This document shows, in pieces, positions 20,400-30,286 of a DNA stretch of 64,000 nucleotides (positions are counted from its first letter, which is position 1; each line of letters opens with the position of its first letter). Both the position numbers and the translations under genes were made by a program. The DNA is from an uncultured Chromatiaceae bacterium (lineage in GTDB: Bacteria; Pseudomonadota; Gammaproteobacteria; Tenderiales; Tenderiaceae), in contig CAMTXZ010000005.1 of NCBI GenBank assembly GCA_947085765.1, positions 13,583 to 77,582 of the forward strand, written 5' to 3'. The notes beneath the pieces were generated by a model that saw only the letters and a list, made by a program, of their open reading frames with translations, searched no databases and had not been told where the DNA came from.

Positions 20400-21059
20400 A
20401 TGAATCGGATAAAGGCAGTAATTGTTATATTGGTTGTACTGTTACCGATACAACAATCAGTGGCGGAGGCAGTTCGCCGCAGTGGTGGGGATAGTGTTAG
20501 TTCTGCACTGCTGCAACAGATAACCGCAGAGCGTGATGGGTTGCGGGCCAAACAGGAGCAGCTGACGGCAGATAATGAACGTCAGGCGAAAGAGTTGGCA
20601 GAGGTTAAAAACAGACTGTCTGAAAACCTAAAAGAGGTCAATCGGTTAAAGTCTCAGATAGATGAGAGTTCGCGTGTCGCGGGTCGCGCGCAGGAGAGTG
20701 GGGCGGCAGTCACAGAAAAACTTGTCGAGACCCAGGAGCGTCTGCAAAAGGTGGTGGAAAAATACAAAGAGCTGGTATCGGATCTGCGCAGTTCTGAGGA
20801 GCGTGGCACAGTGCTTGAGACATCTGTGGCAGAGAAATCAGATGTAATTAATCAATGTATCAATGACAATCAGACGCTCTACCTTGCGACGCAGGAGTTA
20901 ATTCAGCACTTTGAGCAGAAAGGTGTCTGGGATGCTTTGTTACAACATGAGCCAGTGACCCAGATAAAGCGCGTTGAAATTGAGACGATCGGGGAGTCTT
21001 ATCGTGACATGGCTGAACAGGGTAAATTTGAAATGAAGAGCAGTGCTGTGAACCAGTAA
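20400..21059 (+). CDS. Periplasmic coiled-coil protein (hypothetical)
   Basis: RBS GGAGG 7 nt upstream of ATG 20400. Signal/anchor MNRIKAVIVILVVLLPIQQSVAEA. A long heptad-rich charged region (QEQLTADNERQAKELAEVKNRLSENLKEVNRLKSQIDE). Confidence 0.5.
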   Translation: MNRIKAVIVILVVLLPIQQSVAEAVRRSGGDSVSSALLQQITAERDGLRAKQEQLTADNERQAKELAEVKNRLSENLKEVNRLKSQIDESSRVAGRAQESGAAVTEKLVETQERLQKVVEKYKELVSDLRSSEERGTVLETSVAEKSDVINQCINDNQTLYLATQELIQHFEQKGVWDALLQHEPVTQIKRVEIETIGESYRDMAEQGKFEMKSSAVNQ

Positions 21060-21108
21060 AAGAAAATCTACCCCGAGATCTGTCCCGGGGCCTGCCGCGG
21101 AATCAGCT

Positions 21109-21792
21109 TTATGAATACTTTTTCTTTAACGCAGCCATCATCATTAGGCCACTGCCGAGCAACCAACCGGCAGCAGGCAATGGTACTGGAGCGATAGTCA
21201 CCTCTGATGGGGCGATCCAGCCACCATTGCCAGTACCAAGCCCCGTTGTATTCTGAACATTCGCAGCAGCGTAGTAGGGGCCGTGGCCACCGGCGGGTTT
21301 GCTGAGGAACATAAAGGAGCTGGCTGAGAGTGTGGTGATGCCAGTTATGTCATAGACAAGCAGCTCTCCGGCATCGAATCCGCTTCCCTTTTTGAAATCC
21401 AGCTTGATGTCATACAGGCCATCGCCATCAGCTTTGTAAGCGTCGGGGGCTAATGAGATGGTATTTGCCACAGCTGCTGTAGAGCTGCCGGATAAATAGT
21501 TAAATGATAGTTTTGTAGGGTCTAGAGAGGGATCAATATTAAAGTATAACTCCTTGATATTTTCCCCTGACGTGAGTCCTGCCGCTGATACAGTCATTCG
21601 AACCGTGCCTGTTGAACCGGAATCGTCAAATGCGGTCCATATCCATGGACCAGTACCACCAGGTGCACGCCCACCGCTAAATTCAAAATCGTAGACCATC
21701 GATAAGGATGCTGCATGAGCGGATGGCAGAGATGTCATAACTGCCAGCGTAAAAAGACCAAGTCCAAAGTGCCTTCCTGTTCTAGAAAACAT
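21109..21792 (-). CDS. VPLPA-CTERM (PEP-CTERM variant) exosortase-substrate protein
   Basis: Signal peptide (...SLPSAHAA) and C-terminal IAPVPLPAAGWLLGSGLMMMAALKKKYS, i.e. VPLPA + TM + basic tail. RBS GGAGA upstream on the minus strand. Confidence 0.75.
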   Translation of the reverse strand: MFSRTGRHFGLGLFTLAVMTSLPSAHAASLSMVYDFEFSGGRAPGGTGPWIWTAFDDSGSTGTVRMTVSAAGLTSGENIKELYFNIDPSLDPTKLSFNYLSGSSTAAVANTISLAPDAYKADGDGLYDIKLDFKKGSGFDAGELLVYDITGITTLSASSFMFLSKPAGGHGPYYAAANVQNTTGLGTGNGGWIAPSEVTIAPVPLPAAGWLLGSGLMMMAALKKKYS

Positions 21793-22107
21793 GGTGTATC
21801 TCCAGAGATTATTGGGTACCCATGAGCCTACAAGAGCTTTATTAACCGCGAATAAATTGGCTGTTAAGGTTTTAATACTGTTGTGTGTACGTAGTTTGAA
21901 TCCCCCTCCGATGTAAATTTTACCCAGGCAATTCAGTTCTCAACCTTCGCCGTAGCTAGTAGCTCAATACTGCCCAGAATGAAGATGACAACTGTCATAA
22001 AACTAGCGCACAAATATTTGTCAAATGTAATGCAAAGGAAATGCCTGTGAAATATCACTCATGTACAGTTGTATCTGTCAATGACATACACGCTGTGAAG
22101 GGGATAA

Positions 22108-22605
22108 ATGATAGAGAACAAAAAACAGATGGTCTCATTGCGACTTGGCACTAACGATCTAAACAAAGTCAGAAAGGTCGCTAGCCGATTAAAAGTGCGT
22201 GAGTCTGATGTATTCAGATTTGCCATCAAGGCCACGTTAGGACAGTTGGGAATGTTTCATGATGAGACGGTAGTTGGGCGGGACTTGCTGCCGGTGTTCA
22301 TGGAGTTTGGCGCTGAGATTGTCAGTTATTTTGATCTTGATGCCGGGGCTGTGGAAAAGATCATCAATGAAGGGGCACCAGAAGGGCAGAAGGTTGATCG
22401 GCGTGATGTTGAGCTAGTGACGATGGCAGGTGGTCAGGATAGCTACATCTATCTGCGGTTGAAGAAGTTGGCTGAGGGGCATGCTGATGCATTGGGTTTG
22501 CAGGGAGTAGTCCGTGAATATATGTACGAGAAATATTTACGTGGTGAGGTTGATGAGGGGGTGTCGGTTCCGCAGAGGTTGATACCGGTTACGAAAAAAT
22601 CTTAA
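22108..22605 (+). CDS. Cytoplasmic hypothetical protein with ribbon-helix-helix-like N-terminus (possible regulator)
   Basis: No signal peptide. The N-terminus VSLRLGTNDLNKVRKVASRLKVRESDVFRFAIKATL fits the RHH (CopG/Arc-like) beta-strand + helix pattern. It ends 26 nt before the VPLPA-CTERM gene. Confidence 0.5.
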   Translation: MIENKKQMVSLRLGTNDLNKVRKVASRLKVRESDVFRFAIKATLGQLGMFHDETVVGRDLLPVFMEFGAEIVSYFDLDAGAVEKIINEGAPEGQKVDRRDVELVTMAGGQDSYIYLRLKKLAEGHADALGLQGVVREYMYEKYLRGEVDEGVSVPQRLIPVTKKS

Positions 22606-22648
22606 TTGGATTGTTAATTTTATTTCAGCGATGGGTCAGGAGCATATT

Positions 22649-23137
22649 ATGAATATAAAGGTTGGTAGTTTGATAATGGTGTCGTTTCTGTTTTTCGTTA
22701 GCCTGGGATCAGCGCAGGCAGTAATGGTGGTGTATGAGGATGTAGGATTTATTTCAATTCAGGATAAGCAAAAAAAACCAGAGTCTTTTACTATCTCTAC
22801 CGCCGGTAAGTATCAACTCGACTTGGTGGACTTTACCTTTCCAAAAACCTTTAAAACACTGGAACTGAAAATTATTGGTGGTTCAACCTCAAGACTGCAT
22901 GAGGTTGCACGGCTTGATTCACCGGGAGAGATGGTTTTTGATGCTATTCCGGGGCTTTACTACGCTGCACTGTATGGCGAAGTTGATGGTGTTCTGGGGC
23001 TAGGACTCTATGGTATTCAGGTCAGCTCAGCAGACATGGTGGCGCCAGTGCCATTGCCTGCGGCAGGATGGTTATTGGGATCGGCCCTGGTCTCTCTGGT
23101 AGCGTTTAAGAAAAAGTCAGAGAGCCTTAAAAGTTAA
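22649..23137 (+). CDS. VPLPA-CTERM (PEP-CTERM variant) exosortase-substrate protein
   Basis: RBS AGGAG 6 nt before ATG 22649. Signal peptide MNIKVGSLIMVSFLFFVSLGSAQA. C-terminal MVAPVPLPAAGWLLGSALVSLVAFKKKSESLKS. Confidence 0.75.
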   Translation: MNIKVGSLIMVSFLFFVSLGSAQAVMVVYEDVGFISIQDKQKKPESFTISTAGKYQLDLVDFTFPKTFKTLELKIIGGSTSRLHEVARLDSPGEMVFDAIPGLYYAALYGEVDGVLGLGLYGIQVSSADMVAPVPLPAAGWLLGSALVSLVAFKKKSESLKS

Positions 23138-23228
23138 TGGTGCGGGTGTCACAAAATAGTCATCTAATGTCGTTATCCTTGCACGTCATACAAATGTACT
23201 TCCCCATTGAGGGGGCTTTGGAGCTGTT

Positions 23229-23819
23229 GTGAATTTGAATCAGGTTGTTGCCATTATATTGGTATTGGTTGCCGCTCCTGCTGTATCTGCTGAACAGACG
23301 CAGATAGTGAATGTTATTCAGGAACAGCAAGCAGATAAAGGGTATCTGATTCAACCGGGTGATGTGTTGCAGATATCTGTATGGCGTGAGCCTGACCTGC
23401 AAAGTGATGTTGTGGTGCCCCCGGACGGACGCATCGCCATCCCTTTATTGGGCCAAATTGATGTCGATGGAAAAAACATTGAGGCATTGCGCAACGAGAT
23501 CGTGGAACGCATCCAGCGCTTTGTGCCCGATGCAGACGTGACGGTAAGTATTAAACAAGCGCTGGGTAATAAAATTTATGTCATTGGTAAGGTGAACCGG
23601 CCTGGCGAATATGTATTGAACCGTAATGTCGATGTGATGCAGGCGTTGAGCATGGCGGCTGGCATCGCAAAGTTTGCCGATGTGGATAGTATAAAAATTT
23701 TGCGCCGTAGTGGTGATATAAAAGAGGCAATCTCTTTCGATTACAGCCAGGTTGAGGCGGGCAATAAGCTAGATCAGAATATCGTCCTGAAACCAGGCGA
23801 TGTGGTTGTGGTGCCGTGA
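23229..23819 (+). CDS. Polysaccharide export outer-membrane protein (Wza/EpsA-like, short form)
   Basis: GTG start and signal peptide. PGDVLQISVWREPDL...DGRIAIPLLGQIDVDGKNIEALRNEIVERI matches the Poly_export/SLBB motif organisation of Wza-family and PEP-CTERM-locus exporters. Confidence 0.8.
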   Translation: MNLNQVVAIILVLVAAPAVSAEQTQIVNVIQEQQADKGYLIQPGDVLQISVWREPDLQSDVVVPPDGRIAIPLLGQIDVDGKNIEALRNEIVERIQRFVPDADVTVSIKQALGNKIYVIGKVNRPGEYVLNRNVDVMQALSMAAGIAKFADVDSIKILRRSGDIKEAISFDYSQVEAGNKLDQNIVLKPGDVVVVP

Positions 23820-23827
23820 GCCGTTGA

Positions 23828-24991
23828 ATGATTCAATTAAGAGAGCTTCTCTGTGCCAGTTTATGTCTTGTGGCACTAATTCAGCCTGGCTTGGCATGGA
23901 CGGCAGATTGGTCATATACACCGCAGTTGGCATTGCAGACGTTGCACAACAGCAACCCATACATGCTTCATGAAAAGGCGCGCAGCGTGACCACTCACCG
24001 GCTGGATATGAGTCTGCCTTTGATCGCCGAATCCACGCTGACAATGCTGAAGATGGAGCCGCAACTGCATGTCATTCGTAATCCCGGTTGGAGCGATCTG
24101 GATCGAAATGAGTATGCCATAAAGCTTGATGCCAGTAGAGCGGTTGAGTTTGGCAATTATGGGATACGGAGTGATGATATCTATGACACAACTCTGACTA
24201 GTGAGCTTATAGATACTGGTTATGTAGGTATTAAAAAGCGTCGTAATGTCTGGTCTTTAAGTCCGTACCTTAATCTCGAGTTGTCACCCTCCTCCAGTAT
24301 GATGATGACGCTGAAATATCGCGATCAGCGTTATAAAAATGCTACAGCAACACCTCTGGTGGGGTATGAGTATATGCAGATTAATACGGAAATTACCCGT
24401 GAACTGGATGGGCGTAATGTGGTGCGGTGTGGTGTTGATAGCTCCAGGTTACGAAGTGGGTTGGTGACATCAGAGGATGTTGGTGGTTATTGCCTGTTGT
24501 CGCGCGAAGTGACTCCAAGGTTGCGCGGCAGCGTAACGCTAGGCGGTCACCGCTCCAAGGTGTCTGTTGACAGTGGTCAATCGCAATCACGCAATGGATC
24601 GCTGGCAGCACTGAGTCTGGACTACGAGAGCGAAGGTGTGCGCTGGGGATTGCGTGGTAAACGATCCATCGAACCCAGTGGTTATGGTCTGTTGGTACAA
24701 ACTGATCAACTGGCACTCACGGCGGCTTATGAGATCAGTGAGCGGCTGAATGCCAATGCGAGTATTGCATCGAACCGTTATGTGATGACCGCACCGCTCT
24801 CTACTCTTCCGTATCAGATGCCTGAGCGTAACTATGGCGTAGTGCAGTGGCGAGTAGTGTGGCAATGGTTGCCTGAATTAACGCTGTCAGGTGGTATTGA
24901 CCACGGCCGTCAACGCTATAGTAATCAGCCTGGTTATGCGGCTTCAACAACCCTATTTATACAGCTGTCCTATCGTTTCGAGAATAAGTAA
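23828..24991 (+). CDS. Outer-membrane beta-barrel protein associated with exosortase EPS loci (EpsL-like, putative)
   Basis: Signal peptide MIQLRELLCASLCLVALIQPGLAW; alternating amphipathic strands; C-terminal ...LSYRFENK. Located between the exporter and the chain-length determinant. Confidence 0.55.
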   Translation: MIQLRELLCASLCLVALIQPGLAWTADWSYTPQLALQTLHNSNPYMLHEKARSVTTHRLDMSLPLIAESTLTMLKMEPQLHVIRNPGWSDLDRNEYAIKLDASRAVEFGNYGIRSDDIYDTTLTSELIDTGYVGIKKRRNVWSLSPYLNLELSPSSSMMMTLKYRDQRYKNATATPLVGYEYMQINTEITRELDGRNVVRCGVDSSRLRSGLVTSEDVGGYCLLSREVTPRLRGSVTLGGHRSKVSVDSGQSQSRNGSLAALSLDYESEGVRWGLRGKRSIEPSGYGLLVQTDQLALTAAYEISERLNANASIASNRYVMTAPLSTLPYQMPERNYGVVQWRVVWQWLPELTLSGGIDHGRQRYSNQPGYAASTTLFIQLSYRFENK

Positions 24992-25004
24992 TAAGTGGTC
25001 TGAT

Positions 25005-26756
25005 ATGGAATCTCAAACAAAGAGTTTAAGTGATTATGTGGCGATGTTGCGGCGCTATAAAAGCCGCATGTTTATTGTCGCCATTACGATAGGTCTTGTT
25101 GCCATTGGTCTTGCCATTGGCTTGCCTTCGCACTATCGTTCAACGGGGACGATTCTCATTGAGCAGCAGGAGATCCCTCAGGATATGGTTCGCTCGACGA
25201 TTACATCGTTTGCAGACCAACGCATCCATGTGATTAGTCAGCGGGTGATGACCCGTGCAAACCTCTCGGCTATTATTGATAAGTACGATCTTTATCATGA
25301 TGAACGTCAAGATGATGCTATGGAAGTTGTTCTTGATAAGATGCGTGATGCCATCAAAATGAACATGGTTAGTGCTGATGTTGTCGATCCCCGTAATGGG
25401 CGTCCTACTCAGGCGACAATCGCATTTACCGTTTCATATGATAGTACTTCTCGTGAGATGGCACAGAAGGTAGCAAATGAGATCGTATCGCTCTATCTAA
25501 ATGAAAATCTAAAGAGCAGGGCAGAATCGGCAAGTGATGCCTCTGGGTTTTTGACAGAAGAGGTTAAAAAACTCAGGGAACATATTGAGGGGGTTGAGGG
25601 GAAATTGGCAAATTTCAAAGAGCGTAATGCCAATCGTTTGCCTGAGCTTGCACAGCTAAATTTTCAGATTATGGATAGAACCGAGCGTGATTTGATCGAT
25701 GCCAAGATGGCATTGAGAATTTTGCGTGAACGAAAATCTTACCTGGAATCTCAGCTGACTCTTATCTCGCAAGATGCACATGTCTATACAGAGAATGGCG
25801 AACGGATATTGGGGGCTGCAGACAGACTCAAGCAGCTCAAGGTCAAGTATCTTGGAATGGTCTCTATCTATGGGAAGAATCATCCAGATTTAATACGGAC
25901 ACGTAAGGAGATGGAGTCACTCAGGAAAGAGGCAGGTATTGTTGACGATAGCAGAGATCTGCGAGAGAGAGAGGCTATTGTCTTGGAGCAGCTTAGTGAA
26001 ACCAGAAGAAAGTACACGCCAAATCACCCGGAGATCAAACGTCTTGAGAATGAGTTAGAGGAGATAGACAAGGCCATTAACGATGAGGCTGATGTGGCTA
26101 CAACAGTAAAGACCAGCAATGAGATATCAAGCAATCCGGCTTACATACAAATAAAGTCCCAACTTGAGAGTGCCAATGTAGAGCTCGAAATAGCTGAAAA
26201 AAGGGATGAAGAGATTCGCAATAAACTGTCCGAATATGAAAGACACATGACGCAGATGCCACAGATCGAACGTGAATATCATGAACTGATCCGTGATTAT
26301 GAAAACTCATCCGTAAGCTTCAAAAAGTTGAAGTCAAAGCAGACAGAAGCTCAACTATCGCAAATGATGGAAAGTGAAAGAAAAGGGGAGAGATTCACAT
26401 TGGTAGAGCCACCACAGTTACCGGAAGAGCCTCTTAAACCGAATCGTATGGCGATCATGATTCTCGGTATTTTCTTTGCCTTTGCTGGCGGTGTAGGTAC
26501 AGCGATAACCAGCGGAAATATGGATACAACAATTCATGGTACTGGAGCGCTGGCAATGGCGACCGGAATGAGGCCGCTAGTGGCAATCCCATTAATTGAA
26601 ACAGAAGATGATTTAAAGAAAATCAAGGGCAGAAAACAACGGATATTTGTTGGATTGGTTACGGTGATTGTAGTCTGTTTTATTATCATCCACTTTCTGT
26701 TCACACCACTCGATGTATTGTGGTATGTGGTTCAACGTCGAATTGGAATGGAATAG
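25005..26756 (+). CDS. Polysaccharide chain-length determinant protein (Wzc N-terminal-like, PEP-CTERM-locus type)
   Basis: N-terminal TM, a long periplasmic coiled-coil region and a C-terminal TM (MAIMILGIFFAFAGGVG). ATG 25005 chosen to avoid a 100-nt overlap with the upstream gene. Confidence 0.8.
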   Translation: MESQTKSLSDYVAMLRRYKSRMFIVAITIGLVAIGLAIGLPSHYRSTGTILIEQQEIPQDMVRSTITSFADQRIHVISQRVMTRANLSAIIDKYDLYHDERQDDAMEVVLDKMRDAIKMNMVSADVVDPRNGRPTQATIAFTVSYDSTSREMAQKVANEIVSLYLNENLKSRAESASDASGFLTEEVKKLREHIEGVEGKLANFKERNANRLPELAQLNFQIMDRTERDLIDAKMALRILRERKSYLESQLTLISQDAHVYTENGERILGAADRLKQLKVKYLGMVSIYGKNHPDLIRTRKEMESLRKEAGIVDDSRDLREREAIVLEQLSETRRKYTPNHPEIKRLENELEEIDKAINDEADVATTVKTSNEISSNPAYIQIKSQLESANVELEIAEKRDEEIRNKLSEYERHMTQMPQIEREYHELIRDYENSSVSFKKLKSKQTEAQLSQMMESERKGERFTLVEPPQLPEEPLKPNRMAIMILGIFFAFAGGVGTAITSGNMDTTIHGTGALAMATGMRPLVAIPLIETEDDLKKIKGRKQRIFVGLVTVIVVCFIIIHFLFTPLDVLWYVVQRRIGME

Positions 26757-26765
26757 AGGTCTATT

Positions 26766-27533
26766 ATGAATAGCTTGGCGATTGATGAAAGTGAACTGCG
26801 CAATACGAGATTTAGTACCAGTCTTTCAGAACAGGGAATAAATATTCTCTATTCAAAGACGAGAGTTGTTAATCTTGATAGTGCCGTCCTTGAGAAGAAT
26901 AAGATAATCAGTGGATTTGAAACAGACGAAAAGACAGGGGCTTATAAACTTCTTCGCACCCAGGTTTTACATCGCATGAGAGAAAACGATTGGAAATCAC
27001 TGGCGATTACCAGTCCGGGCGATGGTGAGGGCAGGACACTGACCGCCATCAATCTCGCTATCAATCTGGCACGTGATGTAAACCATACGGTTTTGCTGGT
27101 TGATTTGGATATGAGAAAACCTGATATAGCGAAGTACCTTGGTTTTAATGCACGAGTTGGCATCGATGATTGCCTGCTGGATAATGTGCCTGTAGAAGAG
27201 GCATTGGTTAATCCAGGAATTGAGCGATTGGTAGTGTTGCCATGTCGTAATCCATTTTCTAGCTCTTCCGAACTTCTGAGTTCGCCATCTATGCGAATCC
27301 TGGCTGAAGATTTGAAATCACGTTATCCGGAACGGTTAGTGATATTCGATCTTCCGCCATTATTGGCTAGAGATGATCTTCTTGCATTCTCCCCTCATGT
27401 CGATTCTGTATTGTTGATTTCCCGTGAAGGAAAAACTTGTAAGGCTGATTTACAGAGATCAATGGAGATGCTCAATACGGTGAATGTGGTCGGAACAATG
27501 TTGAACTGCGCCATCGATACAATGGAAAGATAG
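26766..27533 (+). CDS. Chain-length-determinant tyrosine-kinase-like ATPase (EpsG/Wzc C-terminal-like, ParA/MinD P-loop fold)
   Basis: LAITSPGDGEGRTLTAINLAINLA...VLLVDLDMRKP is the deviant Walker A/A' arrangement of BY-kinase-like ATPases. No Tyr-rich tail. Confidence 0.75.
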   Translation: MNSLAIDESELRNTRFSTSLSEQGINILYSKTRVVNLDSAVLEKNKIISGFETDEKTGAYKLLRTQVLHRMRENDWKSLAITSPGDGEGRTLTAINLAINLARDVNHTVLLVDLDMRKPDIAKYLGFNARVGIDDCLLDNVPVEEALVNPGIERLVVLPCRNPFSSSSELLSSPSMRILAEDLKSRYPERLVIFDLPPLLARDDLLAFSPHVDSVLLISREGKTCKADLQRSMEMLNTVNVVGTMLNCAIDTMER

Positions 27534-27569
27534 TCTAGAGAGAATCTTATTGTGGCCCGGGTATAAATA

Positions 27570-28931
27570 ATGTGTCAAAAAAAATCTACTAAGATAAATA
27601 TATTTTCTGACAAGTCTGGTTTTATATCTCGTGTTATTTCCTTGCCTTTGATGCGGAGACTTACTGGCGCATTTATTGTTAACGTTTTAGGCGTTGTTAT
27701 AGCCTTCGCTTTGCAGGTGTTGCTTGCACGGGTGTTGGGGGTCGAGAGTTTTGGTCAATATATTTATGCATTAACATGGATTAATCTATGTGTATTGGTG
27801 GCGAAGTTTGGTCTAGATACTGCTGCCTTGCGCTATATTCCTGAATACGAGACGCAGATGCGGTGGGGGTTGTTGAAAGGATTTTTGCGTCGTAGTAACC
27901 AAATAGTCATGATGTTAAGTATTACTATTTCTATTATTTTTGTGATTGTTGTGTCGTTAATGGGCGCGCGGATAGATGCCTCTTTCAGTTCAGTATTTAT
28001 TATTGCATGTTTTTTATTACCATTAAGTGCATACACAATTGTTAAAGGAGCATATCTTCAGGGGCTTAAACATATTGTTTTTGCACAGGCTCCACAAGTT
28101 ATATTGCGACCATTATTAATGGTGATCGGTATTGTTTTTGTATCACAGTTTACCTCTGTTCGCAGTTCTGCGGAGGTTGCAATTATACTTAATATCATTG
28201 CAACGTGTTTAGCAATTATTGTCCTGTTAGTTCTTTCCAAACTGGCGTATCCAAGAGAGATAAATACATCTGTAGCAGAGTATCAAACCTCAGAATGGGG
28301 AAAGGTGTCATTTTCAATGATGTTTATAACAGGTTTTAGCTTGATTCTGAACCAGGCGGACCTGATCATGGTGGGAGCGATGGTATCAACAACTGATGCA
28401 GGTATATATGCAGCGGCAAGTCGTGTGGCCACATTTATGACATTTGGAATTACATTAGTTAATTTGATTGCTGCTCCAATGATGTCGCAATTATATGCGG
28501 AAGGAAATATATCCAAGCTGAAAATAATGCTTTCCTATACTGCGTGGGGAAGTTTTATCTTTGCTACCCCTCTGCTTGTAATATGTATATTTTTTGGTGA
28601 GGAGATATTGTCTTTGTTCGGGAGTGAATTTGTCAGTGGGGCCGGTGCGTTAGCTATTCTTGCCATGGGCCGTTGGGTGAATGCCTTGACAGGAGCGTCT
28701 GGTTTTCTTTTGGCAATGACGGGTCATCAAAAGCAAGCAGCATATATTCTTGGTGCAAATTCTTTAATTAATATTGCCCTAAATTATATTTTGATTCCAT
28801 ATTATGGAATTAATGGGGCCGCTATTGCAACTCTAATAACGATGGTTTCATGGAGTCTTATGATGCTGGCTTATGGTAAAAAATACATCGGTATAAATGC
28901 ATCGTTGTCACTTAAGTTTACGTGGCCATGA
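27570..28931 (+). CDS. Polysaccharide flippase (Wzx-like, MOP superfamily)
   Basis: 12-14 predicted TM helices in the typical Wzx arrangement, strongly AT-rich. An alternative start is MRRLTGAF at 27651. Confidence 0.75.
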   Translation: MCQKKSTKINIFSDKSGFISRVISLPLMRRLTGAFIVNVLGVVIAFALQVLLARVLGVESFGQYIYALTWINLCVLVAKFGLDTAALRYIPEYETQMRWGLLKGFLRRSNQIVMMLSITISIIFVIVVSLMGARIDASFSSVFIIACFLLPLSAYTIVKGAYLQGLKHIVFAQAPQVILRPLLMVIGIVFVSQFTSVRSSAEVAIILNIIATCLAIIVLLVLSKLAYPREINTSVAEYQTSEWGKVSFSMMFITGFSLILNQADLIMVGAMVSTTDAGIYAAASRVATFMTFGITLVNLIAAPMMSQLYAEGNISKLKIMLSYTAWGSFIFATPLLVICIFFGEEILSLFGSEFVSGAGALAILAMGRWVNALTGASGFLLAMTGHQKQAAYILGANSLINIALNYILIPYYGINGAAIATLITMVSWSLMMLAYGKKYIGINASLSLKFTWP

Positions 28932-30286
28932 TCGTGGAAATGGATGATTCCGATAAATTATCTAGATCAGCTCAGTATCTGGGCGCCATTTCTGTTGCAT
29001 GGATTATGCTTGACTCATTGTTGACGTATTTTGCAAACCAGTGGTTCGGATTCTTGCCACCAGTAAATTCTTTATTAATTATAATATTTTTTATTATTCT
29101 AATGACACAGGGGGTGCATGCGATACTCCCGCCAACATATTATTTTGTTGTTCTAGTGCTAGGATTTTGTGGTTTTCTTGCAGGTAAGATTTTGGCAGGA
29201 CAAATAAATATCTTTAGTATTGGGGAGGTTGTTCTTTCATTTGTAGCATTTTTTATCGCATATTTTGCATTTAGATGGACAAGCCATGTTGAAACGTACG
29301 CAAAAGTATTCTTGTATACTTCCCTGATTTATGTCGTAGTATGCGTTATTGCCCTTCTTGCACTTATGCCAACAGTGTTTCCTATTGTAAATGCAGTATG
29401 GTCAGATAATGGTGTTCCAGTTCTTCGCCCAGAAATTACTACAGACCAGAATTTTCAAATTTTCTATCTTTTCCCGATAGTACTGGTCCTGGCACTTCCT
29501 TTTAAATTTGTGCGATCAATGATTGCCATCTTTGGTATGGTCGGAGCCTTGTTTGTTCTTGCAAAAATTCAAACTCGTAGCGGATTTATCGTTTTTTGCG
29601 GTGTTTCTTTCATGGTTTTAATGGTTCCTTTGTTGACCAAAAATCTTGGTCGCGCTAAAACAGTCATCCTGCCTGTTTTATTACTTGTAGTGTTAATACT
29701 TAATCATGATGTGATAATTCAGGTAGGTGATCATCTGATTGCGCGATTCACTGAAAAAAGTGGAGCGGGTCTCGGTAGTGAGATGGGACAGGATCGTCTA
29801 GATTCATCGTTATTCTCCATACAGCATATCCTGGATCCAGAATGGTGGGTGCCGCGTGGTAGTCAGGAATTCATAAATCGTTATGGATTCTTGCCGCATT
29901 CAACCATGACGGCGGTATATCTCGAGGGTGGCATAGTTGGTCTGTTTATGTGGTTGACTGTTTTTATTTTTCCGTTGATGGCGCTAGGGTTTCTACTGTT
30001 AAAAAGAAAGCTCGATGCGCTTGCGACTCTTGTTCTGATTGGTGGTGTGGCATCGTTTGCAATACAGATGTCATTGCACGTTCCGTTTCTTAAACACACT
30101 TGGCTATGGGCTGGAGCTGTTTTGGGATCATTTATTAGAGTAAGTAGTAGTGTTCAGCAGAAAACTGAAATTATTAATGATAAGTTATTATCTTATAATA
30201 ATATGGATATGACTCGAGTGCGTTATTCAATTTTAAATGAAAAATGTCCTGAAAGTAGCGGCATAAAATTTAAGGAAATTAAATAA
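28928..30286 (+). CDS. Polytopic membrane protein, O-antigen ligase/Wzy-like polymerase (putative)
   Basis: ~10-12 TM helices with a large loop near the C-terminal third. Position after wzx, AT-rich. ATGA overlap with the upstream stop. Confidence 0.5.
   Translation: MIVEMDDSDKLSRSAQYLGAISVAWIMLDSLLTYFANQWFGFLPPVNSLLIIIFFIILMTQGVHAILPPTYYFVVLVLGFCGFLAGKILAGQINIFSIGEVVLSFVAFFIAYFAFRWTSHVETYAKVFLYTSLIYVVVCVIALLALMPTVFPIVNAVWSDNGVPVLRPEITTDQNFQIFYLFPIVLVLALPFKFVRSMIAIFGMVGALFVLAKIQTRSGFIVFCGVSFMVLMVPLLTKNLGRAKTVILPVLLLVVLILNHDVIIQVGDHLIARFTEKSGAGLGSEMGQDRLDSSLFSIQHILDPEWWVPRGSQEFINRYGFLPHSTMTAVYLEGGIVGLFMWLTVFIFPLMALGFLLLKRKLDALATLVLIGGVASFAIQMSLHVPFLKHTWLWAGAVLGSFIRVSSSVQQKTEIINDKLLSYNNMDMTRVRYSILNEKCPESSGIKFKEIK

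Noticed and set aside
20360-20551. 63-aa minus-strand ORF and alternative GTG start (20391) for the coiled-coil protein
   Set aside because: ATG 20400 has a better-spaced GGAGG RBS. The minus-strand ORF is antisense to a signal-peptide-bearing gene.
21060-21108. Short ccccg...cgggg hairpin between convergent genes, as a bidirectional terminator
   Set aside because: Only a 5-bp stem with a 9-nt loop and no U-run on either strand, too weak to call.
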